A stretch of DNA of 63,435 nt, filler included, from Actinomycetota bacterium (GCA_046725875.1; 5 parts of 5 records of this genome joined end to end with filler, not necessarily neighbours in it); one strand, 5' to 3'. Shown: positions 18,197-28,515, counted from the first letter of the whole stretch. Notes: generated by a model not told the origin, from the sequence alone. Numbers and translations: made by a program.

Positions 18197-19282
18197 GTGA
18201 TTAAGCACGACGGTTCCACGCTCGGGGCCGTGCCGGTCCGACCGGTCGACCTGCCTCCGCTGGCCTGGATTGGCGGACGGCTGGCCACCGGCCTGGTCGA
18301 CGTCACCTCCGATGCGACTGCGCTGGACTCCACCGGCTTCTGGGCTGTGGTGGCGACCTTCGAAGGGGAGATCACCTGCGCTCGTTTCGACGACGTACGC
18401 CGTGTGCCGCTGCGCGAGATGCGGCCCCGCTGGCCCTGGCGTGGCCCGGAGCGGAGCAGCTGGACCTCCTCGATGGACGAGGGTGAGTACGTCGCCGGTG
18501 TAGACAAGATCCGGGATTGCATCGTCGGCGGCGAGGTCTACCAAGCCAATCTGTGCCGCATTGTCTCCGCGCCGCTGCCGGTGCCGGCGAAGACCGACAT
18601 CGTCGGCCTGGGCACCGCGCTGGGTCGAGGAAACCCGGCACCCTACGCTGCGATCGTCCGGCTGCCACGTGCCGGCATCGAGACGGCAAGTGCCTCCCCG
18701 GAACTGTTCCTCCGCCGGCACGGTGCGGAGGTCGCCTCCAGCCCGATCAAGGGCACCGGACGCAACCGGGGTGACCTGCTGGAGAAGGACTACGCCGAGA
18801 ACGTCATGATCGTCGACCTGGTGCGGAACGACCTCGGACGAGTCTGTGAGATCGGTTCCGTGAGGGTCCCCGCGCTATGCGTTGTCGAGCACCATCCCGG
18901 GCTCGTACACCTCGTTTCGACGGTCAGGGGACACCTCCGACCGGAGGCCGGCTGGGCCGACCTGATGGCTGCCGCGTTTCCGCCCGGATCTGTGACCGGA
19001 GCGCCCAAGTCCAGCGCCCTGCGGATCATCAAGGAGTTCGAGACTGCGCTTCGCGGTCCGTACTGTGGCGCGATCGGTTGGGTCGACGCCGACCGGCGGG
19101 AGGGCGTGCTGGCGGTTGGCATCCGCACCTTCTGGCGCGACAGCCACGTGCTCAGGTTCGGCACGGGGGCCGGCATTACCTGGGGCTCCAACCCGACGCT
19201 GGAGTGGCGGGAGACCGAGCTGAAGGCAGCGAACCTGCTCGCCGTCGCGTCCACACAAGAAGAGGAGGAGGAGGGCGGCTGA
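18197..19282 (+). CDS. Chorismate-binding enzyme (PabB/TrpE-like)
   Basis: GEVYQANL, SPELFL, PIKGT, EN.MIVDLVRNDLG, PPGSVTGAPK, RGPYCG, GAGITW.S. Confidence 0.9.
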   Translation: MIKHDGSTLGAVPVRPVDLPPLAWIGGRLATGLVDVTSDATALDSTGFWAVVATFEGEITCARFDDVRRVPLREMRPRWPWRGPERSSWTSSMDEGEYVAGVDKIRDCIVGGEVYQANLCRIVSAPLPVPAKTDIVGLGTALGRGNPAPYAAIVRLPRAGIETASASPELFLRRHGAEVASSPIKGTGRNRGDLLEKDYAENVMIVDLVRNDLGRVCEIGSVRVPALCVVEHHPGLVHLVSTVRGHLRPEAGWADLMAAAFPPGSVTGAPKSSALRIIKEFETALRGPYCGAIGWVDADRREGVLAVGIRTFWRDSHVLRFGTGAGITWGSNPTLEWRETELKAANLLAVASTQEEEEEGG

Positions 19283-20133
19283 TGGTGGTCTGGATTGACG
19301 GCAAGCTGTTCGGTCCGGAAGACGCCGTGGTCTCGGTTTTCGACCACGGCTTCACTGTTGGCGACGGCGTGTTCGAGACGGCGAAGGTGGTTGCCGGGGT
19401 GCCGGTTGCGCTCACCCGGCATCTGGACCGGCTCGCTCGATCCGCGGCCGCGTTGGGCCTGCTGCCGGTCGACGAAGGGGCGGTGGGGGATGGCGTCGAT
19501 GCTGTACTGGGCGCGCACCATGTCCCCGATCCTGGCCGGCTGCGGATCACCTACACCGGCGGGGTTGGGCCGCTCGGTTCAGACCGTGGCGACGCCGGGC
19601 CCACCCTCGTTGTTGCGGTGGCGCCGATGCGCGCGTGGCCACCCACGGCCGCGGCTGTCACGGTGCCTTGGGTACGGAACGAGCGCTCCGCGGTCACCGG
19701 CGTCAAGACCACGTCCTACGCAGAGAATGTGGTCGCGCTCGCTTACGCACATGAGCGTGGAGCCAGCGAAGCGATTTTCGGGAACACGAACGGAAGCCTC
19801 TGTGAGGGCACTGGCTCAAACGTCTTTGCCGTCTACGGCGACCAGGTCGTCACGCCGCCACTCAGCGCGGGGTGCCTCGCCGGAATTACTCGGGAGCTCC
19901 TTTTGGAATGGGCCGCCGAGTCGATGCCAGCCGGCGCAACCTCGATGGACGAAGCCAACCTTCCGACGGGCGCCCTAGCCGCCGCCGACGAGGTCTTTCT
20001 GACCTCGGCGACTCGTGATATACAGCCGCTGCACTCGCTCGACGGGCGGCCACTTCCAGGTGCCGACGGGCCAGTGGCGCGCGCCTGCCTCGACCTCTTC
20101 ACCTCCCGGATCACCACCACGCCCGACCCATGA
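19282..20133 (+). CDS. Class IV aminotransferase / aminodeoxychorismate lyase-like
   Basis: DHGFTVGDGVFET, HLDRL..SA, KTTSYAEN, EGTGSN, CLAGITR; TGATG coupling to the upstream gene. Confidence 0.9.
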   Translation: MVVWIDGKLFGPEDAVVSVFDHGFTVGDGVFETAKVVAGVPVALTRHLDRLARSAAALGLLPVDEGAVGDGVDAVLGAHHVPDPGRLRITYTGGVGPLGSDRGDAGPTLVVAVAPMRAWPPTAAAVTVPWVRNERSAVTGVKTTSYAENVVALAYAHERGASEAIFGNTNGSLCEGTGSNVFAVYGDQVVTPPLSAGCLAGITRELLLEWAAESMPAGATSMDEANLPTGALAAADEVFLTSATRDIQPLHSLDGRPLPGADGPVARACLDLFTSRITTTPDP

Positions 20134-20182
20134 CGGTGCCGGGGAGCGGTGTGACAAGGCGAGCCGGTTCTCGCCCTTCCTC

Positions 20183-20746
20183 CTACGCGGTAGTGAGGTT
20201 GGCCCGGCGACGGGCCCGGTAGGCGGCGACATGAAGGCGGTTGCCGCAGGTCCGGCTGTCACAGTAGCGGCGGCAGCGGTTCTTGGACAGGTCGACGAGG
20301 ACATGGCCGCAGTCCGGCGCCTCGCACGTCCGGAGCCGCTCGAGCTCCCCTTCGGCGACCACCCGGGCGAGCGCCATACCGCAGTGGGCGGCGAGCAGCT
20401 CGGCAGCGGGCGCTCCGGGCGCGAAGTAGTGGATGTGCAAAGCGTAGCCGTCGTGATCAGAAAGGTGCGGCGTCACGTTCGCCTCGGCGAGCAGCTCGTT
20501 GAGCATCACTGCGGCGGTCGGGGTGTCGGTCACACCGAACAGCACGCGCAGGCGATCGCGCAGGGCGCGAACCTCGTGCAGATCCTGCTCGGTTAGCCGG
20601 TCGGCGCCGCTGATCTGTCGTTTCTCGGCGAACTCCCGAAGTGTCGCCAGGTCAGGAAGGCTTTCCCGGCCGTTGGCGGCGGGGGAGGTGTTGATCAGGT
20701 CTGTTGCCGTTATGAGTGCGTCCTCGGTGTCGTGCCCCAGATACAC
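20183..20746 (-). CDS. CGNR zinc-finger / ABATE domain protein
   Basis: C-terminal RLRTC...C....D.S.NR.RRYC...CGNR.HVAAYRAR. Confidence 0.92.
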   Translation of the reverse strand: MYLGHDTEDALITATDLINTSPAANGRESLPDLATLREFAEKRQISGADRLTEQDLHEVRALRDRLRVLFGVTDTPTAAVMLNELLAEANVTPHLSDHDGYALHIHYFAPGAPAAELLAAHCGMALARVVAEGELERLRTCEAPDCGHVLVDLSKNRCRRYCDSRTCGNRLHVAAYRARRRANLTTA

Positions 20747-21003
20747 CGTTCCTCACCACGATCACACTCGTGCCGACCGCCCGTACGGCCGGCAGTTTGC
20801 CAGCGTGTCAGGAGTCTAGGCTAGTTTCGAACCTGTCGCATACAGCGCGACTCATCCCTGCCTTGATCGTGATGTTAGCGGTGGATCAGGACATTCGTGA
20901 CTACCCGGTCGGTCCGCCGCGCACCCCGTCGGCCGGGACGGTCGCTGCGACACCGATAACGACCGGCCCGGCCGCGGGAGTCCGCGGAGAGACTTGCCCT
21001 CCG

Positions 21004-21438
21004 CTATGCCGGTAGCTCCCCCTCCAGCAGGGCGACCAGCTCAGCGTCGAGATCAATGTGAAGGTGCTCGCTGCCAGGCGGCACCGTGATGTAAGTGCGG
21101 TTGAGAAAGACCCGCAGGTCTTCGGCGGGCGCCTCGAGGAGGGCATGTCCCTCGGGAGAGGAAAGGGAAATGCACACGACCTCGGCGCCGCGGCTGCGAC
21201 TGGGCCATACCCGAACATCTCCGTATCCGGCGGGCTCGCGGAGACCTTCACCAAGGAGTTCCCGGGCGAATACCCATTCGACGGTCTCGCTCTCGCCGGT
21301 ATGGAACGTTGCGTGGACCGCGTGCGGATCACCGCTGTCGTAGCGCATGGACGCGGCGATCGTCAGCGACGAGTCGCCGGACACCAGCAGGCGAAGCCGC
21401 AGCTCGCAGGATACGGATGCACGGGCTCGACCGCTCAT
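21004..21438 (-). CDS. ssgB: SsgA-like sporulation/cell-division protein (SsgB-like)
   Basis: RYD..DP.AV...F, VEWVFARELL..G, G.GDVRVWP, LSSPEG.A, FL.RT...VPPG.E. Symbol inferred from sequence and the CGNR/PGPGW neighbourhood. Confidence 0.85.
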   Translation of the reverse strand: MSGRARASVSCELRLRLLVSGDSSLTIAASMRYDSGDPHAVHATFHTGESETVEWVFARELLGEGLREPAGYGDVRVWPSRSRGAEVVCISLSSPEGHALLEAPAEDLRVFLNRTYITVPPGSEHLHIDLDAELVALLEGELPA

Positions 21439-21636
21439 GACGCTCGCGGGCCTTTCGCTCGGACCGGGGCCGGCCGCAAAAGCCGGATGTCGCGTAAGTG
21501 CCCGCCGTACGGGAGTCTCCAAACCCGATGGTCCGATATGCACCTAACGGATTGGGGAGAAGGGGCGGACGCATGCCACATCCCGGTCGAGGTGCCGCTA
21601 TTCGGACGACCCGGCCACTTCGTTTAGTCTTGGTCC

Positions 21637-22095
21637 ATGTCGAGCCTGCGGCAGGATGACACGCCGGCAGCGACGCCCAAGACCGCCCCGGCCGAGCAGT
21701 CGGGACGGCGCGGGGGACGGATCCGGACGCAGTATCGGCGGGCCAGGGAGGCCGCCCGGCGACGCCGAGCTCTGGACCTCACCTGGCGATTTACCGTATT
21801 GATGGTCGGCTTTGCGATCATCGTGGGTGGCTTGGTGATGTTGCTCACACCGGGCCCGGGCTGGGCTGCGATCATCATCGGTCTCGCCGTTCTCGCTACC
21901 GAGTACGTCTGGGCAGAACGCCTACTCGGTCGGGTCAAGAAGATCGCGCAACGGGCGGCCGAGCGGGCGCTGGATCCCCGGAAGCGTCGGCGGAACCAGA
22001 TCCTGCTCGCGTTCACGCTCGTTGTCCTGATTGCGCTGGTCTGGGCGTACCTAGGGCGCTACGGCTTCACCCTCCCGGACTGGCTCACGAATTGA
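21637..22095 (+). CDS. TIGR02611 / PGPGW membrane protein
   Basis: PGPGW..II.GLAVLATE..WA motif. Confidence 0.85.
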   Translation: MSSLRQDDTPAATPKTAPAEQSGRRGGRIRTQYRRAREAARRRRALDLTWRFTVLMVGFAIIVGGLVMLLTPGPGWAAIIIGLAVLATEYVWAERLLGRVKKIAQRAAERALDPRKRRRNQILLAFTLVVLIALVWAYLGRYGFTLPDWLTN

Positions 22096-22222
22096 TCTAT
22101 TCGAGCCCGAAGTCCTCCCGGTGGCTCGCCGACGCCCCGGCCGTACGAACTCACGTTGACGGTCGCGTCAGGCCGGTCCGCTCCGCTCTAGGGCGGTGGA
22201 AGCCCGGTGAGCGACGCTCGCC

Positions 22223-23125
22223 TTACGGTTCGGCGACCAGAGCAGGCGCTGGGTGGACCTCGACCGGCCGCGGTGCAGGAGCGCGTCGGGTTGCCAGGAC
22301 CGAGCCGACCAGGACGAGTACGAAGCCGACGGCTATGCCGACTGTCATCGGCTCGTTCACGAAGAGCACGCCGAGCGCGATGGCCACGGCCGGATTGATG
22401 TAGGTGATGACGGTCGACCGTACCGGTCCAACCTCGTCGATGAGCGCGAAGAAGACCAGAAACGCGATCGCGGTGCACAGCAGGCCGAGGACGAGCACGG
22501 CCCCCACGACGGTTCCCCGGGGCATCTCGGCCGGCAGCTGCGCGATGCCCGGCGCTGAATAGGCCAGCCCGGTCAGCAGCAGGGATCCTGCGATCACCCC
22601 GAGCCCCGGAAGGTCCGCGAGATATCGGCTGAGGATGAACGGGCCGACCGCGTAGCCGATGACGACGCCGGCCATCTGCAGGAGCGCCCAGAGGTCCCCG
22701 TGGCCGAGGTCAAGCCCGACCAGGGCCGCGACTCCGGCGATGCCGATCAGCAGCCCCAGGACCCGCCGGCTGCCGAGCCGGTCGGTGCCGGTCAGCCAGC
22801 CGATCAGGGCACCCACAAGCGGGACGGCGGCGATCAGCAGACCGGCGAGCGAGCTGCTCAACCGGCGCTCGGCGCTGGTGAGGAGGAACCAGGGCAATGC
22901 CATCTCCACCGCGGCGAAAACGACCAGCGGGAGCCACCGGGGGAGCAGTGGACGGAGCTGACCGCGCGCGGCGGCGATCGGGACGAGCAGCAGGACCGCG
23001 ATCGCCGTACGCGCGAGGACGAGCGTCGCCGGGGACACCTCGCTCACCGCGACCTTGATCATCAAATACGGGACCCCCCAGATCACGCCCATCGTGATGA
23101 ACAAGATCCATCCACGGCGTGACAT
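22223..23125 (-). CDS. EamA/DMT family transporter
   Basis: About 10 TM helices; WGVPYL.IKVAV, TYINPAVA..LG. Confidence 0.92.
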   Translation of the reverse strand: MSRRGWILFITMGVIWGVPYLMIKVAVSEVSPATLVLARTAIAVLLLVPIAAARGQLRPLLPRWLPLVVFAAVEMALPWFLLTSAERRLSSSLAGLLIAAVPLVGALIGWLTGTDRLGSRRVLGLLIGIAGVAALVGLDLGHGDLWALLQMAGVVIGYAVGPFILSRYLADLPGLGVIAGSLLLTGLAYSAPGIAQLPAEMPRGTVVGAVLVLGLLCTAIAFLVFFALIDEVGPVRSTVITYINPAVAIALGVLFVNEPMTVGIAVGFVLVLVGSVLATRRAPAPRPVEVHPAPALVAEP

Positions 23126-23294
23126 GCATTCCTCCCGGACCTTGGCGGGGACCCGCGTGACAGTCGCCATTCTTTCGTACGGTCATTAGCCGCTACAGCG
23201 AAGTGTCGGCCATCGTTGCCAACTTTCCCGCCAATCTGAACACCGGTCGGTCGCGGCCAGTTGCAGGAGGGCGGCCTAGCCAGCGGCCGGGGGC

Positions 23295-23489
23295 GGAGCG
23301 TGGGACGTCTGGCGGGCGGAGGTTGCGTTCACAGAGAGCTTCCTCGCCGATGAGCCATACCTCGGCGTCGCCGGAAAGGGCGGGATGGAACTGCGCGAGG
23401 TGTTGGTGCACATGATCGAGGAGAACGCCCGATGCTGCGGTCACGCCGACTTCCTCCGCGAACCCATGGACGGCCGGGTGGGCCAGTAA
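23295..23489 (+). pseudogene. C-terminal fragment of a DUF664/DinB family gene
   Basis: Reads AWDVWRAEVAF...LREVLVHMIEENARCCGHADFLREPMDGRVGQ*, a degenerate version of HMIEEYARH.GHAD.LRE.IDG; in-frame TAG just upstream. Confidence 0.7.
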
Positions 23490-23639
23490 CCGGGCCGGGC
23501 CGCCGGTGTCGGCCTCGCAGCCCGGCACGGTTACGCATACGGCCTTCGTGCAAGCCGAGTAGCGCGCTAGTCAGGCGTCTTCTTGCAATCCACCATCAGC
23601 CGATCACTCTTCGCGGCCTGAGGGGCCGCGCTCCCTCAA

Positions 23640-25034
23640 CTACGGCATTGGCTCGATGTTCTGGTTGACGCGGAAAAGGTTGTCTGGGTCGTACTTCGCC
23701 TTGATCCGCGCCAGCCGGTCGTAGTTCTCGCGGTAGCTTGCTCGCACCCGCTCGTGGCCCTCCTCCATCATCATATTGACGTAGGCGCCTCCGGCTGAGT
23801 ACGGGTGCAGGGCCGCAAAGTAGTCGATGCTCCACCGGCTGATGACGTCGACGTTGGCCGGATCCGGGTCGACGCCGGCGAACACCGAGGCCCAGCGCGC
23901 GTCCCGGTAGCTCCACGCAGTGTCCGACGGTCCCAGATTTTGCGCGGCGCCATCGATGGGGTAGAGGTGCATCGTTGACTTCATCGTCGGCATCGCCTCG
24001 CCGAACTGCGCGTGCAGCATCACCGCCTCGTCTGGGATCTCCTTGACGAAGTCGGCCCGCCAGTACCACTGATCCCCGGGCGGGTAGAGGCTGTCGAAGA
24101 GGCTTTGCAGGACGGGATGCGGCATCGGACCGACGGCGTGCAGGATCGGCTGCGGGAGCGCGTCCATGAGTGGAGCCATCGCCTCTGCCGCGTCGGCCTC
24201 TCCCCCCACGTAACACCAGACGAGGACAGCAACCTTGCGCAGGTGGATTTCCTCGGGAAACGGCGGTGCCGGCGGCACCGTATGGAAGCCGAAGAAGGCG
24301 TTCAGCTCCAACGGAGCGGTCGGCAAGAACTCGCGGTAAGCCGAGAGGACCTCGGTGCTGTACTCGACGGGCCAGAACGTGGGGCCGCCGATGACCGTGT
24401 CAACCGGGTGCAGGCGGAAGAGAAATGATGTGACGACTCCGAAGTTGCCGCCGCCACCCCGGATCGCCCAGTAAAGGTCGGGGTTCTCGGTGGTGCTGGC
24501 CCGGACCTGATCGCCGCTTGCCAGCACGAGGTCGGCCTCGAGCAGGTTGTCGATGGCTAGCCCGCACTTTCGGGTGAGGTGGCCTAGGCCGCCGCCAAGG
24601 GTGAGACCACCGACACCGGTTGTCGAGATGATCCCGCTCGGCGTCGCTAGCCCATGCTTGTTCGTTGCGCGGTCGACCTCGCCCCATACGCAGCCCGCCC
24701 CGACCCGCACGGTCCGGGCGTCTGGGTCGATCGCGATGTCCTTGAACAGCGAGAGATCGATGACGACCCCGTCGTCGCATGTCCCCAGGCCGGCGCCGTT
24801 GTGGCCCCCGCTGCGGATGGCCAGCAGAAGGCCATTGTCTCGAGCGAAGCTCACCACCTTGACGATGTCTTCCGTGCTCGCGCACCGGGCGATCAGTGCC
24901 GGTCGCTTATCGATCATCGCGTTGTATACCGCACGAGCCTCGTCGTAGTTGACGTCCGCCGGACCGATGAAATGTCCCTCGAAGCCCGACAGCTCGGATC
25001 GTGCCGCATCCGCGGCCGCTGTAACACTTGTCAT
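23640..25034 (-). CDS. FAD-binding oxidoreductase (VAO/berberine-bridge type)
   Basis: RSGGHN, TGVGGLTLGGG, WAIRGGGGNFGVVT, YVN...KAKYDPDNLF..NQNI. Confidence 0.93.
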   Translation of the reverse strand: MTSVTAAADAARSELSGFEGHFIGPADVNYDEARAVYNAMIDKRPALIARCASTEDIVKVVSFARDNGLLLAIRSGGHNGAGLGTCDDGVVIDLSLFKDIAIDPDARTVRVGAGCVWGEVDRATNKHGLATPSGIISTTGVGGLTLGGGLGHLTRKCGLAIDNLLEADLVLASGDQVRASTTENPDLYWAIRGGGGNFGVVTSFLFRLHPVDTVIGGPTFWPVEYSTEVLSAYREFLPTAPLELNAFFGFHTVPPAPPFPEEIHLRKVAVLVWCYVGGEADAAEAMAPLMDALPQPILHAVGPMPHPVLQSLFDSLYPPGDQWYWRADFVKEIPDEAVMLHAQFGEAMPTMKSTMHLYPIDGAAQNLGPSDTAWSYRDARWASVFAGVDPDPANVDVISRWSIDYFAALHPYSAGGAYVNMMMEEGHERVRASYRENYDRLARIKAKYDPDNLFRVNQNIEPMP

Positions 25035-25142
25035 TTCCCCTCCTTCGAGCGCTGCACCGAAGCTATGGAGCCCGAAGCGTCCTGTCATGACGCGTCCTGA
25101 CCCACTTGCTCCGGCGTCACTCGACTGGGGAGAATGGAAGTG

Positions 25143-25160
25143 ATAGTCAAATCTGACTAT
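25143..25160. promoter_or_regulatory. Palindrome ATAGTCA-N4-TGACTAT between the divergent oxidase and regulator genes
   Basis: Perfect 7-bp arms, overlapping a TATGCT -10-like hexamer (25158-25163) 6 nt before ATG 25170. Confidence 0.5.
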
Positions 25161-25169
25161 GCTGCCCGG

Positions 25170-28130
25170 ATGTCAGACCTCCCGGCATCGCTTCGGTTCG
25201 AGCCGACGTTTCCATTCGTCGGACGGTCGGCGGAGCTCGAGCGCCTTCAAACCCTCGTTCCGTGGGCCGAGGGAGAGGGTCGCCGGGTCGTGTTGCTCGG
25301 TGGCGAGCCTGGATCGGGGAAGAGCCGTCTTGTACGGACGTTCGCGGCTGATGTCGCCCGCGAGGACGTGCTCGTCATATATGGCGCCTGCGATGCGGTC
25401 GTCCACACGCCGTACGGACCGTTTGTCGAGGCCCTCGGACCGGTCGTCCGCACAACAGAACCCGCCGCCCTTCGGGCCGCGCTCGGCGACGGTGGCGGTG
25501 AGCTGATCCGGCTATTCCCGGACCTGCCTGCCCGGGTGGTCGATCTACCGCCTCCGGTCGAGGCTGATCCGGACACCGAGCGCCACCGGCTGCATATCGC
25601 CGTGACCAACCTTCTCGCCGGCATCACCCGACGCTGGCCCGCCCTGCTCGTTCTGGAGGACTGCCACTGGGCCGACGCCGCAACGCTTCTCCTCCTGCGT
25701 CACTTGGCGCGCGCCGGCGGGGAAGCGCGCATCCTGTTGGTTGCGACGTTCCGTGACACCGAGGTAGACGTCCCGGCGACGCTGGCGGACACTCTCGCTG
25801 ATCTTCGTCGGCTGGACGACGTCGTTCGCCTGCATCTGGCCGGGCTTTCCGAAGGGGAGGTTGCCGAGTTCGTCGAGCGTGCAGCAGGAGGTGAGCGAAA
25901 TCAAACGCTGAGTGAGGCCGCTCAGACGATCTACAACCTCACCGAGGGAAATCCGTTCCTTCTCTGTGAGCTGTGGCGTGAGCTTGCCGAGACCGGGAGC
26001 GTCAGCGTGACTGGGGGCGCGCTTCGAGTTGCTCGCCCTCCAGAGGAGCTTGGCAGCCCGGACAGTGTCCGCGAGGTCGTCAACCAACGGCTTTCCCGGC
26101 TGCAACCGCAAGCGATCGACGTGCTCGAGCTGGCCGCCACGGCGGGATCTGAGTTCGAGCTCGACCTCATCCGCCGCGCCGCCGGGCTCGACAGAGCGGG
26201 GCTCCTCGGCGCTCTCGACGAGGGAGTGCGCGGCGGAATGATCGAGGAACTCCCGTCCCGACGATTCGCCTTCCGGTTCACCCATGAGCTGATGCGCCGA
26301 GCCCTCTATGACCGGCTATCGAAGGTTCGCCGCGCGGAGCTCCACCTTCGAGTTGCCGAAGCTCTCGACGAGACCGCGCCTCGTTCCGGACGCCAACTCG
26401 CCGATCTCGCCCATCACTTCGCCTCTGCCGCACCGCTTGGAGATCCCGATCGGGCGGTGGAGTACAACATTCTCGCCGCACAGGCGGCGATCGCCTCCCT
26501 CGCGTTCGATCAGGCCGCATCGCGGCTACGCACGGCGCTGGAGCTTGGCGTCAACGACCCGGAGAAACGCGGAGACGTCCTCCTGCGCCTTGGCGACGCC
26601 TGCCACCGAGGCGGGGAGCTGCTGCCCGCGCTCGAGGCCTTCCGGTCCGCCGCGGAGATCGCCCGGCAATGCGGGGATGTGCGGGTCCTCGCTCGCGCCG
26701 CCATGGGGTACGAGGAAGCATGTTGGCGGCCGGGAATCGTGGATCCGGTCGCTGCCGGCCTGCTGGAGGAGGCAGCGGCGACGCTCGGTGACGAGGACTC
26801 GGAGTTGTTGGTCGGCGTGCTGAGTGGCCTAGCTCGGTCCCTCGACCGCCAAGGAGAGCGTAAGCGCGGGGAAGTCATCCGAACGCGCGCGATCACCATG
26901 GCTCGTCGGCTGGGCGACCGTGTAGGCCTGGCGACAACGCTCGCCCGCTCGTACTGGGCACGAGGAACGACGCCCCTCAAGGAGATTCTCGGCATGCTGT
27001 CGGAAGCAGCGCTCCTCGCCGACGAGTTGGACAATGCCGAGCTTCGAGTCGAGACCATGGCGTGGCGCACCCCAACATTCGTTGCCCTGTTCGACCTGGA
27101 GTCGGCCAGGAGCGAGGCGGCCCGGCAACGCGAAATATCAGAACAGACGGCCCAGCCCTTCTATCTCCATGTTGCTGAGCACTACCGGTCCGCGATCGCG
27201 GTGTGCGACGGCCGCCTGGTGGATGCCGAGATGCTTGCGCACCGATCGCACGAGTGGAGTCGGCTGCTGACCGGACGGGACGCCTCAGGCATCTATGGCA
27301 TCCAGATGTTCACGGTCCGCCGGGAGCAAGGACGCCTCGCTGAACTTGCGCCTGTTATCAGGATCCTGGCTGGCCAAGGACGGGAAGGCCCCTGGCGGCC
27401 TGGTCTTGTCGCTCTGCTGGTCGAGCTGGGCATGTATGCGGAGGGGAGGCGGGAGCTGTCTCGGTTCGTCGCCCACGGGCTCGATCCCTTCCGCGAGTCG
27501 CTATGGCTTGGGTCCCTCGCATACCTCACCGACGCATGTGCCGCACTCGGCGACGAAACAGCGGCGGCCTTGGTCTACCCCGAATTCGAGCGTTACGCAG
27601 GCGGTAACGTCATGATCGGCCATTTGGTCGCTTGCTACGGCGCCGCTGACCGGTACTTGGGAATGCTGGCGACAACCCTTGGCGAATGGGAGCTAGCTGT
27701 GGGCCATTTCGAGCGAGCTCTCGAGCTGAACCGGCGGACTGGAGCGATCACCTGGGTTGCGCACACAGCATTCGAGTACGCGCGGTGTCTGCTTGCGCGA
27801 GGGAGGCGTGACCGAACCCAGGCGGCGGCGCTGCTCGGGGAAGCCGTCCGACTGGCCGAGCGCATCGGCATGCCGGTGCTCCTGGGCAGGATCCGCGCGA
27901 TAGGCGTTCCAGCTCCAGGGCCTGGGCTTCCCGACGGTCTCTCGAAACGTGAAGCGGAAATCCTCGGGCTCGTGGCCCGGGGGCTGAGCAACAGGGAAAT
28001 CGGCGGCGCCCTCTTCATCAGCGAGCACACCGCGGCAAACCACATCCGAAGCATCTTGCAGAAGACCGGTTGCACCAACCGGACCGAAGCTGCGTCATAT
28101 GCACACCGGCACGGACTCGTGACCGTGTGA
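25170..28130 (+). CDS. Large AAA-ATPase / TPR / LuxR regulator (LAL type)
   Basis: FVGR..EL, Walker A GEPGSGKS, LEDCHWAD, GNPF, C-terminal LSKRE.EIL..VA.GLSN.EI...LFIS.HT. Start may instead be 25134. Confidence 0.92.
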   Translation: MSDLPASLRFEPTFPFVGRSAELERLQTLVPWAEGEGRRVVLLGGEPGSGKSRLVRTFAADVAREDVLVIYGACDAVVHTPYGPFVEALGPVVRTTEPAALRAALGDGGGELIRLFPDLPARVVDLPPPVEADPDTERHRLHIAVTNLLAGITRRWPALLVLEDCHWADAATLLLLRHLARAGGEARILLVATFRDTEVDVPATLADTLADLRRLDDVVRLHLAGLSEGEVAEFVERAAGGERNQTLSEAAQTIYNLTEGNPFLLCELWRELAETGSVSVTGGALRVARPPEELGSPDSVREVVNQRLSRLQPQAIDVLELAATAGSEFELDLIRRAAGLDRAGLLGALDEGVRGGMIEELPSRRFAFRFTHELMRRALYDRLSKVRRAELHLRVAEALDETAPRSGRQLADLAHHFASAAPLGDPDRAVEYNILAAQAAIASLAFDQAASRLRTALELGVNDPEKRGDVLLRLGDACHRGGELLPALEAFRSAAEIARQCGDVRVLARAAMGYEEACWRPGIVDPVAAGLLEEAAATLGDEDSELLVGVLSGLARSLDRQGERKRGEVIRTRAITMARRLGDRVGLATTLARSYWARGTTPLKEILGMLSEAALLADELDNAELRVETMAWRTPTFVALFDLESARSEAARQREISEQTAQPFYLHVAEHYRSAIAVCDGRLVDAEMLAHRSHEWSRLLTGRDASGIYGIQMFTVRREQGRLAELAPVIRILAGQGREGPWRPGLVALLVELGMYAEGRRELSRFVAHGLDPFRESLWLGSLAYLTDACAALGDETAAALVYPEFERYAGGNVMIGHLVACYGAADRYLGMLATTLGEWELAVGHFERALELNRRTGAITWVAHTAFEYARCLLARGRRDRTQAAALLGEAVRLAERIGMPVLLGRIRAIGVPAPGPGLPDGLSKREAEILGLVARGLSNREIGGALFISEHTAANHIRSILQKTGCTNRTEAASYAHRHGLVTV

Positions 28131-28182
28131 GGCGGTACCGGCCGGTAAGACGCTGGGCGGCTCGACGAGTAGAGTCCTGCAC

Positions 28183-28515
28183 ATGCCGCTCTACATGATC
28201 GAGCGGACCTTCGCCGAACAGCTCGATCTCACCGACCAGGACGTCAAGCTGATCGAGGAGATCAATGCGGACGAAGGCGTGCGCTGGCTCTTCTCCTTCC
28301 TCACCGCCGATCGGCGACGTACATACTGCCTATACGAGGCGCCATCACCCGAGGCCATCATTGCTTCCGCGCAGCGTGCGGGCATTCCCGCTGACGCGAT
28401 TGTCGAGGTCGGCCCAGCGGCGCCGGTGCTGTCCGATCGCTTGCGTGACTGGGCCTCCGAGGCGAGCCGTCCAGCGGAGCCCGGCCCGGCGAATACGGCG
28501 GCACATGCCCCTTGA
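28183..28515 (+). CDS. DUF4242 (SCO4226-like) protein
   Basis: Y.IER.F, GV.WL.S, TYCLYEAPSPEAI, PAD.I.EV. Confidence 0.85.
   Translation: MPLYMIERTFAEQLDLTDQDVKLIEEINADEGVRWLFSFLTADRRRTYCLYEAPSPEAIIASAQRAGIPADAIVEVGPAAPVLSDRLRDWASEASRPAEPGPANTAAHAP

Noticed and set aside
19258..19282. Poly-Glu tail (EEEEEGG) of the PabB-like protein
   Set aside because: Explained by GAGGAG Shine-Dalgarno repeats for the coupled downstream gene.
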